Part shown: positions 24,001 to 32,133 of the stretch, in pieces
Numbering within the stretch: position 1 is the stretch's first letter
Layout of the letters: each line of letters begins with the position of its first letter
DNA from: Euglena gracilis
Taxonomy: Eukaryota
Direction of reading: 5' to 3'
NCBI GenBank assembly: GCA_039621445.1
Contig: CP154954.1
Location: 27,454,123-27,518,122, forward strand
DNA length: 64,000 bases
The notes under the pieces: model-generated
Database searches by the model: none
What the model saw: only the letters and a program-made list of their open reading frames with translations
Told to the model about the DNA's origin: nothing
Position numbers and translations under genes: made by a program

Positions 24001-26198
24001 AAAATTTTCGGTCGGGGGGGGGGGGGGAGTCAATCATGGGGGGGTGTCAATTATGGGGGGGGGGGGGTAACATTTCCCAACAATTTTGAAAAATTCCCGG
24101 GGGTCCAGCCAAAATTTCCCAATTGTACTTCTGAAAAACCCTAGGGGGGGCTCCAGCCAATTTTTTTTTTCAACAGTGTTTGTGAAGAAACTTAGCCAAA
24201 ATATCTGAACCGGAATTATGAAAAAAGGGGGATCAAACCCAAACCATAATTCTGGAAAAAAAACCAGCGGGGTCCAACCGAAAATTCGGCATTGCAAATC
24301 TGAAAAAATCTGGGGGGGGGTCCAGCCAAAATTTCCCAACCGTGATTCTGAAAAAACCTAGGGGTGGTCCAACCAAAAAAATTTTCCAAATCGTAATTCT
24401 GAAAAAAAAACCTTTCGATTGATGGGTAACCTGGCATCAGACGGATGAAAACTTCAATCGGCCGATCGACATGGCCATGAGCCCAAAGGATCCCAAAAAT
24501 GCCCAAAAATGTTCAGAAACTGGGTATTTAGGGCGAAATTGGCCTTTATTCCTTGAACGCCGATTCGGGTGTGAAGCCAGAGCCCCTAATCCACGGTTTC
24601 AACAACTGTGTCCAGAACGCCGGTTCGGGCGTGAAGCCGTGTTCCAGAACGCCGGTTCGGAACCCGAACCGAACCGAACCGAACCGGCGTTCTGGAACAC
24701 GGCTTCACGCCCGAACCGGCGTTCTGGACACAGTTTTCGTATCAGAAACACTGTTTCAGTGGACCCACATTTGGAACTTCCCTAAACTGCACGCATGTCC
24801 CGAATCAGGGGTTTTTTTAAGACCGGGGGGGGGGGAGGGGGGGGGGCCGCCCCACCCCCCCCCCCCCGACCCGGGGGGGCCCCCCCGGGGGGGGGGGGGG
24901 AGGGGGGTCCGGGGGACCCACAAAAAATGGCCGAAAAATCGCGAAAAGTGCTAAAAATAGAATTTTTTCGGCGCCTGCGGCGCCGAAAAGTATATCCCAC
25001 CCCCCTCCGGGGGGACCCCCCCCCAGGGGGGGGGGGAGGGGGTCCGGCGGACCCACCCACCCTACCCCCCCCCCCCCCCCCCCCCGGGGGTCCAAACTTA
25101 AAAAAATCCCTGGTCCCGATGGGAACACAAAAGCTTGAACGCAATTTGTCTGGCCTTGGAAGGTCTGTAGGCAGCTTGGCCACAGCCCGTGGCTCAGCAA
25201 GGTACTGCCTCCAATACTCCAGCCCAGACACCTGCAAAACGGATGGAAAATCAATCATCCAAATAACCCGGAAATGGTCCGGATGGGTCCAAATGTGGGT
25301 AGTCTCCCCCATCAAAGTGGCCGCCCTCCGGGCGCCGTGGGACCCCAAAGCGGCGAGAGGGATTCTTTGGGGGGGGGGGTCAATTTGGCGACCTTTGCCG
25401 CCAAAAGAAAGCGGCCACTTCGAAGGGGGTATACCAAAATTTGCCCAAAAAAAATTGGCAAATTTTGGCAAATTGCCAAAATTGACAATTGGACACTGAT
25501 CGACGGTGAGACTCTCCTGGGCCTTCTTTCTCGAGGGGTGGTTTGGGACGCGGGACGCAGGGGGACGCGGGGGACACGGGGCAAACACCCCCTCAATGAG
25601 AAGTGGGGGGGTTTAATGAGGGACTTTCAATTGGGGGGTCCAAAAATCAATCGCCAGCAAAAATGTGCACCTGTCATATTGTTGGTGGTCGGTCGACTAG
25701 TCGGCCCGACCACCAGTGGGGTCGCCAGAGGTGCCACCAATGGTCGCTGGCGACTGGTCTCCAGCACTCACCAAAAAAAATCAATCACCAATTTTCCACA
25801 ATCAGCCAGTGTATTTGTGTTTGTTTGTGTGTGTGCGCGCGCGCGCGTGTGTGTGTGTGTGCGTGCGTGCGTGCGTGTGTGTGGGTGTGTGTGCGTGCGT
25901 GTGTGTGCGCGCGTGTGTCATCCCACTCCACGATTTCACCACCAAAAGAAAATTGAAACTTATCAAAATTTTCCCTTTGAAAAAAACTGTGTTCAACCCG
26001 CCAAACGCCTGCCCTGATATTTGTGGCCAAAAACAAAATTCTGGGTCGGGATCCGTGGTCTGCAAAAACACTTGTTTTTTGTGAATTTGTTTTGCAAGCT
26101 GTTGAAAAGGGTTGCCTGTCATGTCCTTGGCACACCTCTCTCCTTCTTTTGGAGGGGCTGGGGTTTGGGCTGTCCCTTGGGTGCTTGCTGCCAGTCAT
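1924..26198 (-). CDS. LYS2: Alpha-aminoadipate reductase (L-aminoadipate-semialdehyde dehydrogenase; NRPS-like), 3' part (reductase domain) outside window
   Basis: Predicted exons (minus): 26198-26136, 25231-25141, 22598-22328, 22262-22223, 21273-21217, 20824-20694, 19672-19519, 18783-18736, 12906-12781, 12526-12388, 12204-12044, 10404-10343, 10184-10083, 9849-9738, 5440-5336, 5253-5138, 4564-4413, 4025-3839, 3662-3566, 3443-3345, 2979-2853, 2527-2403, 2073-1924. They join into one open frame of 905 codons. Motifs: [101 protein letters not shown], carrier FFNVGGHSL. These are collinear with fungal Lys2 as I recall it. Exon 1 and the exon 4/5 junction are least certain. Confidence 0.93.
2074..2402 (-). 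other. LYS2 intron 22, nonconventional (329 nt)
   Basis: GGC-CAGGCCTCTTGTG ... CACAAGCGGCCTG-CGTT; 12/13 pairs; removal gives [14 protein letters not shown]. Confidence 0.82.
3444..3565 (-). other. LYS2 intron 19, nonconventional, MITE-derived (122 nt)
   Basis: GAG-CAGGGTTCGATG ... CATCGAATCCTG-TGTGG; 12/12 pairs; removal gives [16 protein letters not shown]; TIRs and interior match the MITE family at 5568/19795/63059. Confidence 0.9.
3663..3838 (-). other. LYS2 intron 18, nonconventional (176 nt)
   Basis: GGC-CAGCCAGTTCTC ... GAGAGTTGGCTG-CCGGA; 12/12 pairs (2 G-U); removal gives [15 protein letters not shown]. Confidence 0.88.
4026..4412 (-). other. LYS2 intron 17, nonconventional (387 nt)
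   Basis: ACC-CAAGGAGGCCTGG ... CCAGGCAACCCTTG-CCCATT|A (6-nt tail); removal gives [18 protein letters not shown]. Confidence 0.78.
4220..4322. repeat. (TGTGG)n + (TG)n microsatellite in intron 17
   Basis: Directly visible tandem repeats. Confidence 0.95.
4565..5137 (-). other. LYS2 intron 16, nonconventional (573 nt)
   Basis: GCA-CATGGGGCGGC ... GCCGTGCCATG-CGCCA; 10/11 pairs; removal gives GRGMKDVGL. Confidence 0.87.
5582..7706. mobile_element. Foldback Tc1/mariner (IS630-like) derivative with transposase fragments
   Basis: TA|CAGCAGGGAAATT ... AATTTCCCTGCTG|TA; ~550-bp inverted arms each encoding [11 protein letters not shown]...; unique centre encodes [11 protein letters not shown]. Confidence 0.88.
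5667..6432. mobile_element. Non-autonomous TIR element with 7-bp TSD and (TTATCCGTAG)n subterminal repeats
   Basis: TIR CAGGGATTTGTGCTTATCCT; TSD GACCATC; the empty site is visible in the opposite arm (7615-7640). Confidence 0.9.
9160..9251. repeat. Perfect 46-bp tandem duplication
   Basis: TATTGCCTCTGATACGAACATGGCTGAGTGGGAATTCCAGCAACTC x2. Confidence 0.92.
9361..9705. mobile_element. hAT-like MITE
   Basis: Ends CATACAATTGCTTA / TAAGCAATTGCCTG; perfect 8-bp TSD ACCCACAC; related ends at ~1071-1084 and ~45231-45244. Confidence 0.85.
9850..10082 (-). other. LYS2 intron 13, nonconventional (233 nt)
   Basis: AAG-CAGAGCATGCCCT ... AGGTCATCCACTG-CTGGA; removal gives [13 protein letters not shown]. 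Confidence 0.75.
10185..10342 (-). other. LYS2 intron 12, nonconventional (158 nt)
   Basis: GCC-CAAGCACCTCTGG ... CCACAGCTGCTTG-CCAGC; 11/13 pairs; removal gives QRFGMGESDRF. Confidence 0.85.
12527..12780 (-). other. LYS2 intron 9, nonconventional (254 nt)
   Basis: GTC-CGGGGATCGCTGG ... CCAGCCATTCCTG-ATGCC; 12/13 pairs; removal restores LKAGAAY. Confidence 0.88.
13498..13745. repeat. Minisatellite, ~30-bp unit (AAAGTGTCCCTGTAAAGTGTCCCTGTAACC)
   Basis: About 8 copies built from GTGTCCCTGT subunits. Confidence 0.92.
13959..14565. mobile_element. MITE-like element
   Basis: Inverted ends AACCCCCCCCCCATTTAAACTGACCC / GGGTCGGTTTAAATGGGGGGGGTT; internal AAACCGACCC and AAATTAGG repeats. Confidence 0.65.
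15759..16808. mobile_element. Non-autonomous TIR element with 3-bp TSD (PIF/Harbinger-like)
   Basis: AAC|GGAGACAAGGCA ... TGCCTTGTCTCC|AAC; second member at 41288-42340. Confidence 0.75.
19673..20693 (-). other. LYS2 intron 6, nonconventional (1021 nt)
   Basis: GTT-CAGGCT ... GGCCTG-GCATT|G; removal gives LEQTSANPEQ. Confidence 0.8.
19795..20200 (+). mobile_element. hAT-like MITE (CAGGGTTCGAT family) in intron 6
   Basis: Perfect 18-bp TIR CAGGGTTCGATATAAGGA; inserted in (AC)n with ACACACAC on both sides; ~80-bp internal direct repeat. Confidence 0.92.
21274..22222 (-). other. LYS2 intron 4, nonconventional (boundaries +/-3 nt)
   Basis: CAAGTGC..CTCCAAA at the 5' end pairs with TTTGGAG..GCAATTG at the 3' end; no AG acceptor. 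Confidence 0.6.
22263..22327 (-). other. LYS2 intron 3, nonconventional (65 nt)
   Basis: GGG-CAGGGCTGGGTGG ... CCACCCAGCGCTG-CCGCC; 12/13 pairs; removal gives [12 protein letters not shown]. Confidence 0.85.
22630..24760. mobile_element. Dispersed repeat with GAACCGGCGTTCTGGAC subterminal motifs
   Basis: Collinear second copy at ~47890-49070; nested poly-C/G MITEs. Confidence 0.65.
24806..25112. mobile_element. hAT-like MITE near the 5' end of intron 2
   Basis: CAGGGGTTTTTTTAAG ... CTTAAAAAAATCCCTG; flanks GTCCCGAAT / GTCCCGAT. Confidence 0.8.
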
Positions 26199-26219
26199 GT
26201 TGTTCTAGATAGAAAAATG
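26199..26219 (-). promoter_or_regulatory. Putative spliced-leader trans-splice acceptor upstream of LYS2 start
   Basis: Minus strand CATTTTTCTATCTAG|AACAAC-ATG: pyrimidine tract and AG (26206-26205) 6 nt before the predicted ATG. Euglenozoan mRNAs are SL trans-spliced. The assignment is an inference. Confidence 0.5.
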
Positions 26220-27831
26220 TTTCAATAATCTAAGAAGCCATTGAAAAAATGAATAAATAAACGTAACATGGATGAACAATGAGACCAGGCGCGCTGTTAG
26301 CCGAAGACCTCCCCCTCGCGGCGCCCCCCCCCCCACTCCTCGGACCCCCCTCAAGGGTCAGAAAAAGATTTTTGACCCCCCTTGAAAATGGCCCAAAAAC
26401 AATTGTGCCGATTTTTTCCAAACAAAAATTCCATTCCTGCATTTTGGACCATTGAGTACCCTTGCGACAGAGGGAAATTTTGTCTCACTTTCCCCCCTTT
26501 TTTGATGTTTTTTTTGCCCCCCATTTTTCCCCACAAAACGCCAGCCATGCAAGGTGTCATATGAGTGTCATCAGCTGTCTTCCATCATTGCACATTTTAT
26601 GTTTACCCGTGGACATCCGTGCCTTGCACACACAAGGGGATTTTGTAACCTTTAGAGGCCCGGCGCCTGCCCTGTATTTCGTGGCAATGAACACGGAAAA
26701 CAGGGCATATTTTCTTAACCCGGCAATATGCCCTGTTTTTCGTGGTAAGGTGAACACAAAAAACAGGGCATATTGCCGTGTTCAGGGTTTTCTCCCAAAA
26801 CTTAAGACCTTTCAAACAAAGGACAGAATTATTTTGAATCACTTTGAATTGCTTCGAAACCGAGGAGAGCACACAGATGATGGAATGGCACACGAGGAGG
26901 GTCCTCGCATTGTTTGATGACCGCTTGCCCATCAAACAACAGGGCAGGATCAAGCTCCCAAGCTGCCCAAGCACAAAGGAAAGCATCTAGTTCGTCATAG
27001 ACAGCGCAAAGCGCATTGCAGACGTCCTCAAATTCAAGGAGGTGTGCCAATGCGGATTGCTCTGTCCCTTCTGAACCGGATGCTTTCTTTTTGGTAGCAT
27101 CCGCCAGAAGGTTACCATGCAAGGTGTCAACAGCAAGGTTCTTTCTCTTTTCCCAACCCTGCTCAATTGTGGCCAAAAATTCAGGAACTTTTTGGGGTTG
27201 TGGCAACATTCGGTCCATGGAGTTGGCAGCTTTCTTTGCCATTTTTCAAAAACAGACTGAGGAAGAACGCAATGAGTATAAATAAATAAAGCAAATGGCA
27301 CAAGAACATTTTCCAGGACGCCGTGGCCATGGTTTGGGGCATTGGGACATCATTTTCATTCACTGGTTCCTTACCACGAAAAACAGGGCATATTTTGTTA
27401 ACCCGGAAATATGCCCTGTTTTTAGTGGTAAGGTGAACACGAAAAACAGGGCATATTGCCGTGTTCAGGAATTTTCCAGGAGTAATTTGTTGTCAGAGAT
27501 TGTGATTTTTTCCAATTACATTTTCAGGTTAGAATCTGGGCCTGCGCCCCGAAACCGGGTCGGTATTCTTTCGGGCGCCGAAGTCAGATCCCGAGGGGTA
27601 TCTAGCTATCCCTATCCCTGACCCTAGCCGTATCAGGGTCAGGTCATATGCTTCACGCCATGGTTTCGGGAAACAAAATCAATTTTTCTGGTTACCAAAC
27701 TCTTTTCGGTGCTTGTCTGTTTATCATATGACCGACCCCCCCCCTTTCGGTTATGGTACGACGCCCTATTTTTGGGTTATTATGAGGTTATTTGAAGGAG
27801 TAGGGTTAGGCGCTAATGGCCATGTTGCGCT

Positions 27832-28638
27832 CAGGGAATTTCTTGAGCCGGAGGGTACCCTACCCCCCGGGGGGGGGGTCCAGCCAGCCAGCAGCTCAAT
27901 TCCAGCCAGCAGCCAAAATTCGGGCGGGGACCCCCCCCCCCCCCCCCGGGGGGTCAAGTGAAATAAAGTCGGGTCCAGCCCGGCCGGAGGCTGGGCCAGC
28001 CGGCCGCAGGCCGGCCCAGCCGGCCGAAGGCCGGCCTTCCAATTGTGCTGCCCAGCTCACCTGTCCCTTCATTTTTTCGGTACTTGTCTGTTATCGCACG
28101 ACAGACCCCCTTTTGGTTATCGCACGACGCCCTTTTTTTTTTTTTTTGTTTTTTTTTTTTTTTTTTTTTTTTTCCTTTTTTTTTTTTTTTTTTTTTGGTT
28201 AAATATGGGGGATTGAAGGAGCAGGGTTAGGTGCGCACAGCCATGTTGCGCTAAATAGCCTGTGCGCACCTAACCCACTCCTTAAATAACCCCATAGGAC
28301 TAAAAATAAGGTGTCGTGCGATAACCAAAAAATAAGGTGTCGTGCGATAACAGACAAGTACCATTTTTTCCCCTCATCGCAGCTTCCTCCATCACGGCCC
28401 CCCAGCCTTGACCTAGCTCCACCCATAAAAATGTCGAAAATGGCAAAAATGTGTCAGAAAGTTTTGTTTTTTTTTTCGTCGACCCAGCCCAGCCCAGCCC
28501 CCTCCGGCCCCGGACCCCCTCCTCCCCCCCTCCCTCCGGGCGGGGGGGGGGTTTCAGCCAGCAGCTCAAATCCAGCCAGCAGCCTTATTGCCAGCCGGAG
28601 GCTGGACCCCCCCCCGGGGGTCCTTAAGAAATTCCCTG
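27832..28638. mobile_element. hAT-like MITE nested in the 27708 element
   Basis: CAGGGAATTTCTT ... AAGAAATTCCCTG; perfect 8-bp TSD GTTGCGCT; related sequence at ~10720-11200. Confidence 0.9.
28079..28362. mobile_element. Short copy of the 27708 family nested in the 27832 MITE
   Basis: GGTACTTGTCTGTTATCGCACGAC ... GTCGTGCGATAACAGACAAGTACC; 8-bp TSD ATTTTTTC. Confidence 0.88.
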
Positions 28639-29728
28639 GTTGCGCTACACGGCCATGCTACGCGGGTCAACGTAGCGCTACATGGGAGGTTCGTCAGCCA
28701 TCCCCCCCCCTGGTGGTTGGACCCGCTCGGCACAGCAAAATGGGGACCCCCCCCCCCTGGTCAGCCAAACCCCCTCGGCACGGCATGCCGAACCATACCA
28801 ATGAATTTTCCTTTGGTAAATTCCAGCTGTCCACCACGGGGCAAAATGGGCCCCCCCTGGTGGCCGAGGGTCCACGTCAGACGTGCCGAACCTCCATGGC
28901 CGTGTTGCGCAACATGGCCATGTAGCGCTACGTGGCCGCGTAGCACAACACGACCATGTTGCGCAACATGGCCGTGTACCGCAACATGGCCATTAGCACC
29001 TAACCCAACTCCTTCAAATAACGTGACCCCCCCCCAATATGGCACCCCCCCCCGGAGCGTTTTGACCCCCCTGGCGACAATTAGGGGGGGGGGGGGACAA
29101 TTAGGGGGGGTTACTCAATTTACCCCACATGCCTATGGGTCCATGGGTACCCCCCCCCTAATTGTCGCCCCCAAGGGGGGGCGACTATTAGGGAGGGGTG
29201 ACGAATAGGGGGGGGTCACGTTAACCCCATGATAACCCAAAAATAGGGCGTTGTACCATACCGAAAGGGGGGGGGCGTCGGTTGTACGATAACAGACAAG
29301 TACCCTCTTTTCAACAGACGGCCCATTTTTGGCCTCAAACCTCGCAATTTTTTCGCGAATTTTTTTTCTTGGGGAAGCTAGGCACAGAGGGTTCCAAGTC
29401 CACGACACAGTTCTCAAAAATTATATAAAAATCGTGGGCATAACCCGTTATACGCCCTGAATACGGGTTATGGCCCACAATTTTTTTGTAACCGTGTTTA
29501 GAGAGGCCCGGCGCCTGCCCTGTATTTCGTGGGTAGGACCCTGACCCGGACCCTAACCCCAACCGTTGCTTGTTCACTGCACGACCGCCACCAAATATTT
29601 TACAAGTCAGTTGCTCTGAGGCCTGAATGGTGGTTGTATGAGGTATTTTGAAGGGTCGGGGTCTGAGGTTTTGCTTTTTGGGTGGCGTGCAGCCTTGTGA
29701 CCTGACTTTGACCCCAAGGAGGCTGTGG

Positions 29729-30150
29729 CAGGGTTGACGTTTTTTTTGTTTTTTTTAAAAAAAACAAAAAAACATGTTTTTTTTTAAAAAAACGCAAAAA
29801 AACATGTTTTTTTTGAAAAAGCAAAAATTGACCTTTTTCCTTGCGAAATGGCCGTTTTTTGAGGAAAAAGTTCTAAAGTCATGTTTTTGGTCATCAAAGT
29901 GGCGTTTTTTTTTGTTTTTCCAGACCCTTCATCCAAAAATACTAAAATGATGGTTCATGTGAAAGCCATCACCCTTTACGGACTGCGAAGCTGCAGAGAA
30001 AAAAATGACCTTTTCCTTTAAAAAAACGTTCAAAAATTTTTTTCACCCAAACCCTCCATGACGTTTTTTTTGTTTTTTTTAAAAAAAACATATTTTTTTT
30101 TAAAAAAAAACATTTTTTTTTGTTTCAAAAAAAACAAGCCGTCAACCTTG
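29729..30150 (+). mobile_element. hAT-like MITE (CAGGGTTGACG family)
   Basis: CAGGGTTGACG ... CGTCAACCTTG; perfect 8-bp TSD GGCTGTGG. Confidence 0.92.
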
Positions 30151-31559
30151 GGCTGTGGGGGAGGGAAAGTGGGAAAAAGAAAAAAGGGGCCGCTGGCACC
30201 TTTTCCTCCAGCCAACGGCGGGCCATTCCCTTTGTGGCGGCGAAATGTCGGTGGACTTTATCTTCCTTTCTCCTGCCTGCTGTCTGCCTTTGGGAACACT
30301 GCCCTGCCCGAGGTACGGCAGGGCCAATCCTGGACCCTGCCCAGCTGAAATCCACTAAAAATTTTCTTGGTGCAGCTGGGTGATCCGACTTGTAAAACTT
30401 TTGGTGTGGTCGAGCAGCGAACAAGAACCCCCTAACCCTCACCCTAACCGTATCCATATCCCTATTCACTTATCCAATGATTTGCATGATGGATGTGTCC
30501 TTGGCCTCCACCCAGCACATTTTCAATTTTTTTTAAAAATGGGACGTTTTTTGACAGTTTTTGAGGTCCAATGTGTTTGCATGCATTTTCAGCCCAACCA
30601 AGAGAACTGAATTTGGAGGGGGGGGCTCAAATTTCAATAAAGGGGGTTGATTAACATTCACCGCACAGTGTTCTCACCCCGGGACTTTGGGTCGGTGGGA
30701 TCCTCCTATCATTCGTGCACCTGGCCAACAGAAAAAATTCTGACAAATTCAGTAATATGCCAAAAAACCATTGTGATGCCAAAATTTCTGGTTTTTGTCG
30801 AGCGTGGTCAGCCATGCACAAGCGTGCAGCGCGCCTTTACAGCCTGGGTTGAAAGAAGTGTTGAAAACACTCCTGATGGGGAAACGGGGTGGACCCAATT
30901 TCACCGGGTTTGTGTTTGGTTGTTTTTTTTGCGGCCTAGGAGGATCATTCCGAGCCAAAGTCCTGTCAGGGTGAGAGTAATGTACATAGCAGGTTCTCAG
31001 GGTGGGAGGGGGAGGGCCAGGAGTAAGGTGCAAAGGAAGGGGCGGTGAAGCGCGCGGTACGGAGGGGTGGTGTGTCAGCTGTACGACGGGCGGGAGGAAG
31101 CCCTGGGGAGTGGGTGTTCCTTCCGGGGGTGTCCTCTTTGTGTTTGTGTACTCTTTGTGTTTGTGTGCTCTTCGCGGGCGAGCTGGGATCGTGAAAATTT
31201 TCGCGTCTCCAGTTATGGATCCCTCACCAACCCATCTTTGTTCCTCACCCCTTTTACTCTGACACGAAACGGTGGTGGGGCGAACCGAATCCACCGACCA
31301 GTGGCGCTGCCTACTGGATTTGAAGTGTTTCGAGGGGGAGGCTAGTGTACAGATGGGGAAGCCCCATGGAAAGTCAGGGTGTACACAGGTATATAAAAGG
31401 GAAGGGCGGTGATCCAAGCAGAGAGTCGCAGGGGAAAGGTGACAAACGAGCGGCGCTGTGTGAACAGTTGGTCCCCTATTCGGGGCGGGGGGGGGGGGGG
31501 GGAGGGGGGAAGGATTTGCAGGGAGAAGAGCGGTGTAGTGAAGAATGGGGGTAGGGAAC

Positions 31560-32133
31560 TCAACGCCTGGCCGAAGCCATGTCCATTACCACTGGTCGGA
31601 GCGTGAGGGGAGCCAAGGCGTATGGGAAACCAGTAGCGGAGGGTCCCAGCTCCTTGGTACTGAGGAGAGCACCCAGTTGGGCGGCCACCCCGGAGAACAG
31701 GGCCAATGACAGGCCTTGTTGTAGTTCAGCCAGGAAGTCATTCCTGGCACCACCGGAGGCAGTGGCGCCAAGGTGTTGCCGTAATTCTTCCCATACGCGT
31801 TGGCTGTCCCCCCCCATACACTAAGGATCATGGGGGAGAATTGCGCAACTCGGGTTTGGCATTCTTAAGGGCTCTGCTGCGAAGTAATTCCCACGAGGCG
31901 GGGAGGCTCCAACTGGCACTGGGCCGGGAGGGGTGGTTGATGCCCACATCGATGGCCCAGGACGCAGCGCCGGACCAGTGGGGAAGGAAGATGTCCGCAT
32001 CCCGCTTTTGATCGGCGGCCACCGAGATCTCCAATGCATGCGGAATACCCCGTCCTTGTAGCTGGGATCCCAGGAAGTGCTGCACCTGTGCGCAGCCTGA
32101 AGCCTGAATTAGGACTGAGAGCGCGCGCTGCAC
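31560..32133 (-). pseudogene. 3' fragment of a CRE/SLACS-like non-LTR retrotransposon (restriction-like endonuclease domain)
   Basis: RDADIFLPHWSGAASWAIDVGINHP resembles the RPAD...AIDV motif of RLE-type LINEs; followed by QGLSLAL...AAQL; stop/frameshift near 31820. Confidence 0.7.

Larger units (their letters stand above)
22599..25140 (-). other. LYS2 intron 2, nonconventional (2542 nt)
   Basis: GTT-CAAGCTTTTG ... CAAAGGCTTG-CCCC; 10-bp terminal stem; removal gives DKLQQSSRF in frame. Confidence 0.75.
27708..29304. mobile_element. Long-TIR non-autonomous element (Merlin- or Mutator-like)
   Basis: GGTGCTTGTCTGTT ... AACAGACAAGTACC; ~120-bp TIRs; perfect 8-bp TSD CTCTTTTC. Confidence 0.85.

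Noticed and set aside
24782-25588. Long Pro/Gly-rich ORFs here and across the window
   Set aside because: They arise from poly-C/poly-G tracts in MITEs; only 25231-25141 is coding here.
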